From contig NW_024704743.1 in the NCBI RefSeq assembly GCF_018977255.1, positions 68,326,001 through 68,390,000 on the forward strand: a DNA stretch of 64,000 nt. The letters are read 5' to 3'. Position numbers and translations under genes: made by a program. The DNA is from Callorhinchus milii. Taxonomy: Eukaryota. A model generated the notes under the pieces. The model saw only the letters and a program-made list of their open reading frames with translations. It was not told the DNA's origin and made no database searches. Below are positions 1 through 12,700 of this stretch, in pieces. Positions within the stretch are counted from its first letter, which is position 1. Every line of letters begins with the position of its first letter.

Positions 1-424
1 TTTGTTTTATCTTTACCCTTTAAACTCTTTAATACTTCAGCACTTATTTTCTTTTTTATCTCCTGAGCTTTTGGCTTTTAGCCTGATTATTCCCAGCGTT
101 TTCAACATTTCCTCACTCAAATGCCTAATTCCAGCTATCAATTTAGTTACCCTTTGTCTCCATGCCAAGAGGTAATTTTTTTGTAATACGGTAAACTATA
201 CAGTAACTTTGTGCTGCTTTGGCACAATGACTGAATTAAATGGATAGGTTGGTTGACATATTGATGTGCTGCTTTGTGAGGAAAGTCAAAATTATATTGA
301 CTAATACTGCAAATAGTTAATCTATAGCCCCATTGGTATTGATTTATTTTGTCTCTATTAACCTCCTTGATTTTTCTTTTTTATCTACTTTTCAAAATTT
401 ATTTGCCAGCTGTATAAAATTATG

Positions 425-765
425 AGGGGCTTTGTTAAGATAAATCGAGAGAAGTTATTTCTATTGATAGAGCCAGTAAATACACTAGTTATAAGCTATC
501 CAGAAGAACAGCAAAAGGAGAACATAGAAGGAGGTTTTTCACCCAGAGATTTGTTGGGATGTGGAATGTATTGCTGAGGAGAGTGGTGGAAACAAAGTTT
601 ATTGTAGCTTTCAAATGGAAAGTCGACAAGCATATGAAAGAGAGGGGCTTGAAGCAGTACGGGATAAGGCAAGGCAGTGGGATTGAAGAAAAATCATTGC
701 TCTTTGAGGCAGTGCAAATTTAATGGGCCGAAAGGCCTGTTTCTGCACAGCGGATTTCTATACTT
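425..765 (+). mobile_element. Old CR1 LINE 3' fragment
   Basis: Decayed ...FFTQRFVGMWN... coding end, then gggccgaaaggcctgtttctgcac...atttctat tail. Confidence 0.75.
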
Positions 766-2009
766 CTTATATTTTTATGTTTCTAAATTCATGCACTTAG
801 GGCTCTGCAAGGTGAGGGATATCAGTGCTGCAGAATACAATAGCAATTTACATTTATGTATGCATATCTCAGCAAACACAAACCTGCTTCACTTCTCTCA
901 CTTGAAGGGAGTCTGAACTCCTTTCTAGATAAATGGAAATTTCCATTCATATATGCAATTCTCAGTATGTTGAACACTCTGAAGCATAGTGATAGGTTTG
1001 CAAATGTGCTTCACCAAAATAAAACCTATTCCTTAACTACCTTAAAACTCCTTAATGACTGAATTTTCTGGTTAATGGTAAATAGTAATTGGTTCTATAG
1101 GCCTCCTTTCACAGAACACTATCTTAACTCAGATTGAGGTCAGGTCACCATTCTGTGAAGCTGTGCTATAATATAATGCTATTGCCTTGCAAAGAGAAAA
1201 CTGCTGACTCCACAGACATCCACCATTGCTCAACCTTCAGTAGCCTGTTGGAGTCTCCCTCAAGATCATTTGCTTCAAATATTTGTAAGGCTGTTGATAT
1301 GAAGGAATGCGCACATTTTCACTTAACATTACTGGCTGGATTTAACCTGCTTATCAAAACAAAGAATGAATCCTTGAAAAATGACGTATAGATTCAAAGA
1401 AACATCCAGTTTGGTTTTAAAAATAACACCATAACATTTTATTTGTTGCCTTAATAATTGTCCTTAACACAGACCTTTATATCAGGTAAATGGACACGAC
1501 ATCCAATAGAGGAAACAAAAGCCTAATTTCTGTTAGAACCATGTAGATGATTTTCTGTATGTTTGCAACAGATGGACTTCAGTGAGCCAGAGTTAAATAG
1601 TGTGGAGTTATTTACTTCAAATTACCCATCTGAGTAAAAACTTTCAGCTTCTGACCTTGCTGCTGATCTGGTCTGAAGAGTGTCATATTCACCTTGAACA
1701 GGCATAACAGTATGATGTGAATCTCCCACCGGTTTAACCAAGGAAATCTGGCAGCATTTTCAACTGTCAGGTAATTTAATACCAGCTGGAGCATGAACTG
1801 ACTCAAGGCCAGGCCTTGGTATAACCCCTGAGGGAGCACACAGAGCAAGTGCAGTCCTGATCTGAACTTAATACAACTACCGTGAGTTTGAATGTATAGC
1901 CTGAGTGCATATGTTTATACATAAAACACCTTCTAAGTCATCTCTTTTCCATGTAGTCAATGCAAAGTTCTTTGGTGTTCACTTCTCCAGCACAGGCAAG
2001 AACAATTCA

Positions 2010-2610
2010 ACAACAACAACAAATTACACTTGTATAGCACCCTTCACGTCGGAAAGACATCCTAGGGCACTGGACAATCAGGTTTTGGACCCGAGCTGGG
2101 AGTTGGAGTCAGAAGGGGAGGAGGGAAGGGGGTTTGGGGGTGGGAGGGTGGCCAAAGGAACGATCGAAGAGGAAGGTCTTCAAACAGGACTTCAAGAAGA
2201 CAAGAGAGAAGTGAGGCGGAGGGATTGCAGGATAGAGTTCCAGAGTATGGGGGCAGAGATGCTGAATGCCCGACCGCCAATGAAGATGGATAGGAAGTGT
2301 GGGGGACCTGAAGCAGGCTGGTGTCTGCCGAGCGGAGGAGTGGGCAGGCTGATATGGGGTTATGAGGTCAGAGAGGTAGGGGGAACAAGATCATGGAGGA
2401 CCTTGAAGATAAGAATAAAGGTTTTGTACTCAATTCTCTGAGGAATGGGAAGCAAGTGAAGCCAGGCAAGAATGGGGGTGATAGGTTGGAGCCTGGTGCG
2501 GGAGAGGACACGACCTGCAGAGTTCTGAATAATTTGCAGCTTATGGAGGGAAGGGTTGGAAAGTCCAGTGAGCAGGCAGTCGTCATGCTGGGACGTAATA
2601 AAAGAGTGGA
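2010..2610 (-). mobile_element. L2 LINE 3' fragment
   Basis: Minus-strand ORF ...LHKLQIIQNSAGRVLSRT...ITPILAWLHLLPIPQRIEYK (L2 ORF2 C-terminus); tail with (TTG)n. Confidence 0.85.
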
Positions 2611-2899
2611 TACGGGTCAATCAGACCTAAAGCATACTCATCTTTTATTTTACTTTGTAAACTCACATTTTCAGACATCAGAATTGTTGCTTGACTTTTT
2701 TTCTGGGTCTCGTTAATTTAAACAATTTCGAAAAATAACAAAAGGTTATAGTTATTCACGATATAGTCGGTTTCTTTATTCTTTCTATCAAAATGAATCA
2801 CTTTACATTTTCCTGTATTAAATTTAATCTGTCACCTATCTACACATTCTGTAATCTATTTATGTCTTCCTACATCTTTTTTCAATTTGTTTTGTTATT

Positions 2900-3395
2900 T
2901 AATAATAATCCTTGCATTTGATAGAGCGCCTTATCATGTCTTCGAGACGTCTCAAAGCGCTTCACAGAAAATACTGTAAAGTGAATTGACTGTATGTTTT
3001 GTGGATGAAACACGGCAGCCAATTGCGCACGGCATTGTCCCACAAACAGTTGTGGATTGAAGTGACCAATTTTTTTTTTTTGAAAAGGCAAAGGGGGTGG
3101 AGGTGGGAGGATGACCAAAGGCACAATCAAGGAGAAGGGCCTTGAAGGTGGCAAGAAAGGTGGGAGGCAAAGGGATTCCAGGGTGAAGTTCCAGAGGATG
3201 GGGGCAGAAAGGCTGAAGGCCTGACCACTGTTGGTAGATGGCAAGGACAAGGGACATGGAGCAGGCCAGCCCACTGAGCGAAGGGAGCGGACAATATTTC
3301 AATAGGTCGCAGAAGTAGGGAGGAGCAAGACCACGGATGGCTTTAAGAGTTAAGATGAGGATCTTAAGCTCGATCCTCTGGGGGCTGGGGAGCTG
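2900..3395 (-). mobile_element. SINE 3' half (2900-3070) abutting an L2 fragment (3090-3395)
   Basis: gtgcgcaattggctgcc...aagcgctttgagacgtc...atcaaatgcaaggattatta, followed by L2-like sequence. Confidence 0.75.
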
Positions 3396-4754
3396 GCCTC
3401 ACACCCCCTTGCCCTCCACACCTCTTGATTCCAGCTCCCCAAATCCACTGCAATTCACTTTCCTACTTTATCCATTGCTGGTTCAAAGAATTCAATAAGG
3501 TTGGTCAGCCATGACCCTTCTTTCATAACTCTATATAAAATTCATAATTGGGGGCCACACAGATCAAACAAAGGAATTCGGGGAAAGAGCAGAGGTAAAA
3601 TTGAAGTAGATAGCTCCAGTGGGGAACAAGCACCAGCCACAGATATAACAGGTTGAATGGCTTCCTTTGTGCTGTCGAAATTCTGCTTTTATGACCTGCT
3701 GCCTCTCACTCCGGGAATGGTGTGTGGCTATAAAGAAAGTTAAGAAAATGTTTGTGTTACCATTATGACCATGTTTTCATTCCCTATGGACTTTTCTGAT
3801 TCATTACAGGGCATTAGATTCCTCTCAAAGGAGTGTTCCTTTAACAAACTATAGTGCACAGTCAATTGTTTGAGCGTTCCTCCCTTTTTCTGTTTGTCAA
3901 GTGTATAATTGTTAGCTGTCTGATATTTCATCTCACTTTGAAACTGACTGCACTCTAGTAGGTTCCAAAGTTTGTTCTTCAAAGCAATTGTTTTAAAGAG
4001 GTTTACTGTTGTGTGCGACATTTTAAATCCATATAAGTAGCAGAATTGTCATTTTCTTCTCAAGAAATCTTTATTTGATGCAAAAATCCCACTTACTATG
4101 TTAACACCGAGAATTCTGCATTGACTATTAAACAATCATTGGAGATAATTTACTAGCAGTTAAAACGTTTAGTTTTTTTTATTTATTTGTTTTGTGAACA
4201 AAATCCTACATTTAACAATCTGATTGTTTTTTTCCACCCACTGAAATTTCAAATCTGCTATTTTTTCACCTCCATTTAAATAACATCAGCAGTGAACGTT
4301 TTGTTTCACTCAGTAGACAGCTAAACATAAATTTTAAAACAATTGTGTGTGGAAGAGCACTGGTACCAGTTTGTGTGTTTTAAGAATTTTTTTCTACCAG
4401 TTGATTTCAATAACATCAGTGGCAGATTGATTGATTGCCACAGTATTATATAATTTTTTTTACTTACGAAATATTGTTCATGTGTGACTTTACATGCCAA
4501 CACATAATTGTGACACATAGCTTTAGGGGCTCATTGAATATGAGTTTTTATTCCCAGTGGAAATGAGAGTATTGTACTGATGTATGGAGCAGGGAGGTTT
4601 TGTTTAAAATAATTATGCAAGCCAGAGTTTTACAAGAAAGCCAAGTGCAATTAATGGTTTTAGAAATGTCTATGTGAGATATATTGTACTTGAACAAACT
4701 TCCATAGGTGGTCACTCTGTTCTCTCATTGCAGCCAGTGGTCAATACATCTTGG

Positions 4755-5035
4755 TGTCAGCCTGGCACAGTTGGTAGCACTCTTATCTCTGATTCAGAAG
4801 GTTATGGGTTCAAGTCGCATATTGGAACTTTGAACTCATATAAGTGTAAACCAATACTTCAGTGTAGTGTGGTGGGGGGGTTCATTTTTGGAAGTGCCAT
4901 CATTCGAATGAGATGTTAACAGTGCGCTATCCTGCACGAACAGTGTTACGTAAATGCAAGTTGTTGTAAATCGTGTGAAGCTCTTTGAGACATCCTGCCT
5001 AATGTGAAAGGCACTAAATCAAATGCAAGGACTTT
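4755..5035 (+). mobile_element. Old DeuSINE-type SINE, internally deleted
   Basis: tRNA-like head ggcacagttggtagcactc...ggttcaagtc, gatgagatgttaa core, tail gtgaaaggcactaaatcaaatgcaagg. Confidence 0.7.
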
Positions 5036-5754
5036 TTTTTCTTCAGGCAAGGTAATCTCTCTGATAATATGCATTATTTTACCATTATAAAATACTAATT
5101 CCATTAAAGAACAAGTCTGGGATTCTACTCTGTGCAAAGGTCAGACAATTAGATGGATAGTGATCAGTCACTATCAAGTGAGTTTAAAAATAGACAACTT
5201 GGAATTGGGTTTGATTAACATTTTTATAAGATTATCCTTTAAACTTAATTCCATTTTCCTTCTTCTAAAGGAGCAAAATCACTTCAATAATTCATGATTG
5301 CGGGGATAAAGAGAAGAATTTCAGCTCAACGTTTTGTGGATGCAGCTATTTTTATTAAGTGGGACTTTCCATTCTTGGGATGTAGTAATTTTCTACTTTC
5401 CACAAATCCATAGCTACGCAAATATCAATCTCCACTGTTCATTTCCTCCAATTGTATTGGTGGAAGCATTAATGTTTGCAGCAAACATGCTTTGCAGTTA
5501 TCAGAATCCAATTTTCGGTCTTATTCAAAAGCTGTCAGCTGCTGTTTGGTCAACATATGCATTCCACGTTGTTCAAAGATTTCTTATCATTTATGCCATG
5601 AGGCATAAGACCTGAACATATAGAGAAGGCTTTCCTTGATTTACTGAGAAAATTGAGGTTCACTAAACATTGACTTCTGCATTCAGTTCCAGTCACCGCA
5701 ATATAAGGGGATTGTTCAAGCCCTAGAGGCAGTACAGAAGAGAACAACGGGAAT

Positions 5755-6111
5755 GATGATAATAATAATCCTTTCATTTGATATAGCACCTTATCAGGTT
5801 TTCGAGACGTCTCAAAGCGCTTCACAGGATATATTGTAAAGTGAATTGACTGTATATTTTGAGGGCAAAACGCAGCAACTAATTGCACACAGTAGTATCC
5901 CACAAAGTCATGGATTGAGTTTTTTTGAGGGATTATTACTCCCAGAAAAGCGATCCGCCAATTGACTAACAACCGGCTTCCTACTTACTGCTAGGTAAAC
6001 AGAGGCCTGTGTGTAGACTAAGGAAACTTGACTAACATTTCACCCTGCCTGGGAATCGAACCTAGGTCCTCTTGCAAGGCGAGTGCTCTAAGCACTATAC
6101 TGCAGGACTCC
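5755..6111 (-). mobile_element. tRNA-Ala-headed SINE, long variant
   Basis: Head ggagtcctgcagtatagtgcttagagcactcgccttgcaag; extra segment tctgtttacctagcagtaagtagg; Deu-like 3' body; (ATT)n tail. Confidence 0.85.
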
Positions 6112-6128
6112 AAATCCCCAGTATTAGA

Positions 6129-6710
6129 GAACAACAACAACAAGATTCCATTTATAAAGCGCCTTTCACATCAGGAGGACGTCCCAAGGCGCTGCACAGT
6201 TGGGTCAGGACCCGAGCAGGGGGAAATGGTCAGGGTGAGGGGAGGGAAGGGAGGGAGCGAGGAGGGGGGAAATGGTCAGGGTGAGGGGAGGGAAGGGAGG
6301 GAGCGAAGAGGGGGAAGAGAGTCGAGAGGGGAGCTGAAGGCTCGGTCAAAGAGAAAGGTTTTGAGACCGGCCTTGAAGGAGGAGAGGGAGGAAGCAAGGC
6401 GAAGGCACTGGGGATGGAGTTCCAGAGCCTCGGGGCTGAGAGGCTGAAGGCCCGACCACCGATGGTAGGGCGATTTGGGCGGGGGACATGGAGCAGACCG
6501 GAGCCGGAGGAACGGAGGGTACGGGCAGGTAGGTAGGGGATAGTAGGTCAGAGAGGTAGGAGGAGCAAGGCCGTGGATGGCCTTATAGGTGAGGATGAGG
6601 ATCTTGAAATCAATCCTCTGGGGGATGGGGAGCCAGTGGAGGCGAGCGAGGGTGGGAGTGATGTGGTCCCGAAGCCTGGTGCGGGACAGTACACGAGCTG
6701 CAGAGTTGAG
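6129..6710 (-). mobile_element. Young L2 LINE 3' fragment
   Basis: NSAARVLSRTRLRDHITPTLARLHWLPIPQRIDFKILILTYKAIHGLAP; nearly identical to copies at 55365 and 58903; (TTG)n tail. Confidence 0.92.
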
Positions 6711-6719
6711 CCAATGGTA

Positions 6720-7075
6720 ACCGATAGACAAGCTAGGACTCTTCAGTCTTGAGAGAAGACAGCTCAGAAGGGACCTCCTAGAGTGGTATAAAATTTTAAG
6801 TAGGGTTGAAAAGTTAACCCAGATCAACACTTTAGGATGCAACAAAACAGCAGAAAAGAGGACGTAGATTTAGAGTTGTAAAGGCAATTTAGGGACAGAT
6901 GCCAAGATTGTTTTCTTTACTCAAAGGATCAACAACTGGAACAGGATGAGGCCAGGACACTGGATTCACTGAAAACACAGCTTGATGTAGTGCTGAGGGG
7001 ATGGTACGGTTGGATGTTCCTGAAGGATGAAATTGGGCCAAAGGGTCTTCTTCATCCAAACCAATCATGTGAACT
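6720..7075 (+). mobile_element. Old CR1 3' fragment
   Basis: Decayed LGLFSLERRQLRRDLLEWYKIL motif; tail resembles copies near 38030 and 56260. Confidence 0.7.
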
Positions 7076-8000
7076 AAAGAATAAGCATTTCTAAAATAAT
7101 AGTCCCATGACCCTTTTTGTAAATAACTTTATTTCCAGTATTATTTACAGTGTCAGGCTCCGCCACTGTTAAGTGCTCCGAGATGCTGCCCCGCGTGAAG
7201 AATGCTATATAAATGCAAGTTGTTGGTGTTGATATTGGTCTCCACTTTCACCATATTACCACCATTTTACAGTTATGTTTCTTGCCCTAGATTCCATAGA
7301 TGCTACAGAAGGTTTACACCATATTAGCTCTTTTTCTGGTTAACAATAATAATAATCATAATACTTACATTTGATATAGTGCCTTTCAAGTCAAAAGGAT
7401 ATTTCAAATACTTCACAGGATATTCTGTTAATTGTGTAATGACAATCAGTGAAATTTTGTAGTGGTCATAACTATTCTAACTTTTTTTTCCCTTGAGGTA
7501 TATTTTAATATTGTGATTGTTATTGGAAATGCTGCAATGTAATCTATTAACCAGTTGACCTGACAACTAATTCTTTATTCAACCCAGCAGTGCCTCAGAG
7601 AAAATACACCTGGAGGGTGGCTCTCTGTTTAGTTCTAAGATAAATCGCTGTCAGTGTTATTGATGTAGTGCCATGTCATGGAATTTCAGGCTGCACTGGA
7701 GATGGTAATATTGTGAGTGATATTAAAGCCCCAACTTCAATAACATTTTGATTGAGCATAACCTGAACATTGACTTCTTTCAACCTTTTCTTTCAAACTT
7801 GAGGTGTTTGTTTCCAAATCTCAAAAGAAATCAGCCTAATTGGCAGTCTGATTTGTGTTTCATACGGTCTGATTTCTAAATGAAATTAACATCAGCTTAG
7901 CCTGATACTGCCCTCACATGACTTCCATACACTTCTCTTCTGTAATCAGGACTTCTGACTCATTTTCTCCTGTTCCATAGCCAAGGATGATGCTATAGAT

Positions 8001-8070
8001 CAGGGTGGCCAACCTTTTGGCTGCCGCGGGCCAGATTCCCTATTTGGGAAAGGTCCGGGGGCTGCAAAAG
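8001..8070 (+). mobile_element. hAT-like DNA transposon end fragment
   Basis: cagggtggccaacctttt...gcgggccagatt resembles hAT/Charlie-type termini; no partner end found. Confidence 0.45.
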
Positions 8071-8099
8071 CAATATTTTGTATTTTCCTTCCACAAACA

Positions 8100-8530
8100 T
8101 AACAACATTTACACAGCACGTTTTACATGTTGGAAGGACATCTTGACACGATCAGCTGGGCACCTGAGCTGGGGTTGAGAGCTGAGGGAGATGGGATGGG
8201 GAGGGGAAAAGATGAGTGAAAGCGTGGTCAAAGAGTTAGGTTGTGACATACCTTGAAAGAGGGAGAGATTTAGAGGAACTCCAGGAATGGAACTCCAGAG
8301 AGTGGGGGCAAAATGGCGATGGTGGGGCAGATGAGGTGGGGAGACATGATGCACTCTCTCCCTTTCTCTCCTCACTTCCTTTCTGCCCCTCCTCTCTCTC
8401 CCCTTCCTCTCTACACCCTTCCACTCTCCCCCCTCCTCTCTCTCCCTTCCTCTCTCTCCCCCCTTCTCTCTCTCCCACCCCTCCTCTCTCCCACCCCTCC
8501 TCTCTCCCACCCCTCCTCTCTCTCTCCCCC
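8100..8530 (-). mobile_element. L2 3' fragment (8100-8350) followed by CT-rich simple repeat (8355-8530)
   Basis: L2 3' UTR motifs, then a (CCCCTCCTCTCTC)-like tract. Confidence 0.75.
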
Positions 8531-9427
8531 AAACTGTCCGAAACCCCCAGGAAACTAACCACAGAACAGCAGATGCAACATAAATTGCTATGTAAATACT
8601 GTGATTTGCTGTCTATAAACTATCAGTATGACATGTATGTCAGTATTTGCTGCTGCATTGCCTACTTTTGGTCACACTTACCGCTTAGATGGACAACATA
8701 CATATGAGCCAGGAATGTGTCAAATCTTTTTTCATTTTTTTGGCAGCCACATACGCATTGCACTTGGTGGTAGTGCATCACAAAAACATTCCTGTGAGCA
8801 TCCTGTTTAGCACAACCCTTCGCTACACAAGCTAAACATATCACACTAAAAACCCATATAAAACACCAAATGTTTGACCCTTCTGCTCCACCACTCTCTC
8901 CACTCAGCAAACACCCACTTGGACTGTCCCACCACCACCACCAATAACAACAAAATTACATTTATAGAGCTCCTTTCACGTCGGGAGGACGTCCCAAAGG
9001 GCTGAAGGTGAGACTTAAGCCATTCTACCCCTACTCTGAAACTTCACCCCCAAGTTCTTCCAACTTGCCCCTTCAACCAGCCATCTTTCTCTGCCCTTCT
9101 CATCTCCTCATCCTACCTCGGGCTGCTCCCATTGCAGCAGTTTGAGCCATCCTCGTGTCGAGCTATATAAATGTAAATTGTTTTTAGATGGTTAAATACA
9201 TACTTCTTTTGAAATGATGATGGGATACAGCTTCGCATACATTCAGTGACAAACACATTTGATGCAAGTAGTGGATTTCTACCAACCATTGCAATGTCTG
9301 GACCAGTCAAGAGCAGCCAAAGCCTATTAAAATGAACAGGTTTTCCACAAAACATTAGATAGTTGATCAGAATTCATCATTTTAAAAATAAATCATGGAA
9401 CTTATGTGAATAGGTTTAGTACCAGAC

Positions 9428-10345
9428 AACAACAACAAAGTTACATTTGTAAAGCGCCTTTTACCTTGGGAGAACATCCCAAGGTGCTGAACAGTTGGGG
9501 ATCAGGACCCAAGCGTGGGGGGGGGGGGGGGGGGGGCAGGGTTGGATTGAGGGAGGGCAGAGTTAGGAGGGCGCTGAAGACATTGTCATGCCTTGAAGGC
9601 GGCAAAAGAGGGAGCAAGGCGAAGGAATTGTGAAATGGACTTCCAAAGGATGGGGCAGAGGCTGAAAGCTCGGCTGCCAATGGTAGGGCGGGAGACATGG
9701 AGCAGCCCTGAGTCTGCTGAACAGCGGACAGGTTGATAGCGGGTCAGCAGGTCAGAGAGGTAGGAGGGGGAAAGGTCGTGAAGGGTCTTGAAAGTGAGGA
9801 CGAGGATATTGAATTCTATCCTCAGGGGGATGGGGAGCCAGTGTGGTCGGGCAAGAATGGGAGTGATGGGGTCACGGAGCCTGGTGCGGGAGTGGACACG
9901 AACTGCAGAGTTCTGGATGATCTGCACCTTGTGGAGGGAAGAGTTGGGGAGGCCGTCAAGGAGAGTTTCCGTAGTCGAGCCTTGAGGTGACGAATGCCTG
10001 TATGAGGGTTTCGGTGGCCTGAGGGGTAAAGCAGTGGCGGAGTCGGGCAATGTTGCGGAGGGAGAAAGGACAGTTGAGGGTCGAACAAGACGCCCAGGTT
10101 CCTGACTGGCTTGGTGGAGTGTGCTTACGTGGATGCTGATGCACCTGAGGTGCGGAGGCTCTGGCACGAACCAATCAGGAGATATTCAGCAGCAGAAAGT
10201 TAGCTCTCATCCAGGACTTGATGTCTGCCAGACAGTCTGTCAGGGCATCAGTGGTCCTGGAATCGAGGGTGGAGGCCGAGAGATAGAGTTGGGTGTCATC
10301 CACGTACATGTGGAAGTTGACCCCATGTCTTCAGATGATGTCACC
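9428..10345 (-). mobile_element. L2 LINE fragment with internal deletions
   Basis: ETLIQAFVTSRLDYGNS, IQNSAVRV, HWLPIPLRIEFNIL; decayed FHMY(A)DDTQLY motif near 10285-10315; (TTG)n tail. Confidence 0.9.
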
Positions 10346-11274
10346 ATCAAGGTTGAACAGAGCAACAAAACTGAAAGAGTTATTCGTTGACAATAAGATC
10401 GAGTTTTACAACCCAGCAGATTATATTAAGAAGATTAGGGAGGCTTAATGTGCTGGGAAAGATTAGATTAAATATATTACTGAATCTAGTGTCAAGGAAC
10501 TTTATCACTCTCATTGGTTTATTTTCCTTAAGTCACTATACATACTGAAATTATGTATCAATTTCTTAACTGACCTCCCTATAAAATGTCTGAATAATTA
10601 AGAGTTAAAAATATTGCAGACGAGTACACAAAACTCCATGGTAACTGAAAAAAAGCAATTCAATAGGTATTAGGATTAATGTTTGAAAAATTGCAGTACT
10701 TTTGTAAGTGCAGTATTTAACTTTGGGAAAAAAAAGTTCTGTTCACTATAAATGACTAATTAAATGTCTAAACATGTGTGAAGAATGAAAATGTCTAAAT
10801 TTGGTTCTAAAAAACAATGTCTAAAACCTGTTAAGAAATAATAGCTTTGAGGTTTCCAGTTTGATAGGTAAATCATTTCACCGTGTGTGGTCAGTTTACA
10901 GATGCTGTATTTTATGTCATGCCAGCCTTCTATGTAAAAAAATTATGGAAAATAGAGAGTTGCTAAAAACAATATGCAGAACAGGGTACTCATCTTTTCA
11001 TCCTAGTCTCCAAAACGAGGCATGCTACTGCAAGGTTAGTAGCTTTGCAATTGATAGATCGCTGCACTATGTCTGATGGTTGCTAAGGATATGATTACGT
11101 TGGTTTCAAATGAATGGATGCAATCCTATGATGGGAATTTTAAAGTTTCCACAACTGTAATTCTATTGCCTAAATTTACACTGATTATATTCAGTAGTCT
11201 GTCATTTTCCAGTAAAAAAGAATTTCAGATAAATCAGATGGAAAGCAAATTTAAACTGTTTTCTTTTTTTGCAG

Positions 11275-11399
11275 CCAACAACATTCTCGAGTTTGGTAAA
11301 TTGGTCAGCACTTCAAACACCTATGACGGAAGTGGGACCGTGACTGTGGAAACTGATCAACCTTTGCTATGGACAATGGGCATAAAGGAAAGAATTTAA
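11275..11399 (+). CDS. TPK1: Thiamin pyrophosphokinase 1, last coding exon (upstream exons not found in window)
   Basis: Acceptor tgttttctttttttgcag ends at 11274. The exon reads (T)[40 protein letters not shown], closely matching the recalled human TPK1 C-terminus [39 protein letters not shown]. Confidence 0.95.
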
Positions 11400-11479
11400 C
11401 TGGGACACCTTAAGTGCTTCGTGTGCCTTACTGAGATGCTAAAACTGCCGATTGTCAAAAAACAGCGAAAAAAGAATCA

Positions 11480-11537
11480 ATTAAACAGCTTTATTTAAAT
11501 CAAAATGATCGTTATTCTTTTGGTGCAGCCAAATAAA
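11480..11537 (+). terminator. TPK1: Candidate TPK1 poly(A) signals (ATTAAA 11480-11485, AATAAA 11532-11537)
   Basis: First poly(A) hexamers on the + strand after the TPK1 stop codon; usage not demonstrable from sequence. Confidence 0.5.
11490..11495 (-). terminator. SEC61G: SEC61G poly(A) signal AATAAA
   Basis: tttatt on + strand, about 140 nt after the SEC61G stop, followed on the - strand by a U-rich tract (tcttttttcgctgtttttt). Confidence 0.75.
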
Positions 11538-11636
11538 AACACAGAATACAAACAAAGAATGAAACAATGAACTGTTCTTGGTGTCCTCCCATCTTCATTG
11601 CCCCCCCTAACCGCCTCCTGAAGTTAGATGGAAAGT

Positions 11637-11646
11637 CTAACCACCA
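11637..11646 (-). CDS. SEC61G: Sec61 gamma subunit, exon 4 coding part (completes V, then GG*)
   Basis: Minus strand tctttccttcgcag|T GGT GGT TAG; 10 coding nt complete ...NNIIVGG*. Total CDS 94+103+10 = 207 nt = 68 aa plus stop. Confidence 0.92.
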
Positions 11647-11861
11647 CTGCGAAGGAAAGAACAATTTATTACCTTTTTCAATCTCCACAAATGTTATGCT
11701 TACTGCAGTAGCAGCTGTAAAACCACTCGTTCACAAGTTCCCGTACGTGCTAAACAACTAAAAACAGTTTGTAAAAATGTACTAGTTCTTTTGACCCCTC
11801 TTTTCTTTCTAGCTTCTATCCTTTCTCCTGCTTCCATCAAAACATGTCACAAAATAAAGTG

Positions 11862-12422
11862 CAGTGGAGGCCGCGTAAGTCGGATACTTTAGGGCAGGGC
11901 ATTTTGTCCGAATTAACCGGTGTCCAGTTATCAATTTTTTAAATTTGGCCCTGACTTCCACCAACTCTGCCTCTTCCGTTTCCACCCAGCAGAGGAGCAG
12001 CAGTGACAGCTCCTTCTTCCCATTGGCCATGTCCCACCTCACCCTGCAGTGATCAACACCTCAGAGCCACCTCCTCCCCCTCACTGGTTGCTGCTGATTG
12101 ACAGCCCGGAGCCGCTTGTGAATGGATGGAGTTCACTGTCAATCCTTCCATCTTCATTCCCTCTCTCGTTTTTTCCCTCGCTGATTGACAGCTCAGAGCC
12201 GCTCAAGACTGAATGCAATGAGAAGGCATGTGTGAGTTGACCCAGCGGTGACCACCAGCCAGGCATTTTGTCCAGATTAACCAGATTTTTGTCCAAATTA
12301 ACCCAAATATTTAAAACAGCTTCCAATACAAACAAGTTAGGAATTGCCGTTTTGTCTGAAATAAACGGCGTCTGAATTATGTCCCAAAGTTAACTAGCGT
12401 CTGAATTAAGTGGCCTCCCTTG
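11862..12422. mobile_element. Tigger/pogo-like (Tc1-mariner) non-autonomous DNA transposon in SEC61G intron 3
   Basis: Imperfect TIRs cagtggaggccgcgtaagtcggatac / gcgtctgaattaagtggcctcccttg; TA on the right flank (TG on the left); repeated subterminal tttgtcc(g)aattaacc motifs. Confidence 0.7.
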
Positions 12423-12556
12423 TACTCTTTGACAAGTTTCAGTATGAAACATTGAAGCTGCTCTAGTTGAAAATGTTTTAACTTAGGAGAAGTAGCTATC
12501 CAATCATTTTATATCTGCAGCATACAGTCGCACACCTCTAAACCCAGAGACACTTA

Positions 12557-12700
<144 letters not shown>

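Noticed and set aside
1134..1391. Possible upstream TPK1 or VSTM2A exon
   Set aside because: No frame resembles either protein, and I found no GLKWNL-type penultimate TPK1 exon in 1-11274.
9517..9536. Poly-G run (another near 25051-25062)
   Set aside because: Homopolymer inside an L2 3' UTR; length unreliable and no independent significance.
11076..11274. N-terminal part of the 107-aa ORF that contains the TPK1 exon
   Set aside because: Intronic; TPK1 similarity starts at the acceptor at 11275.
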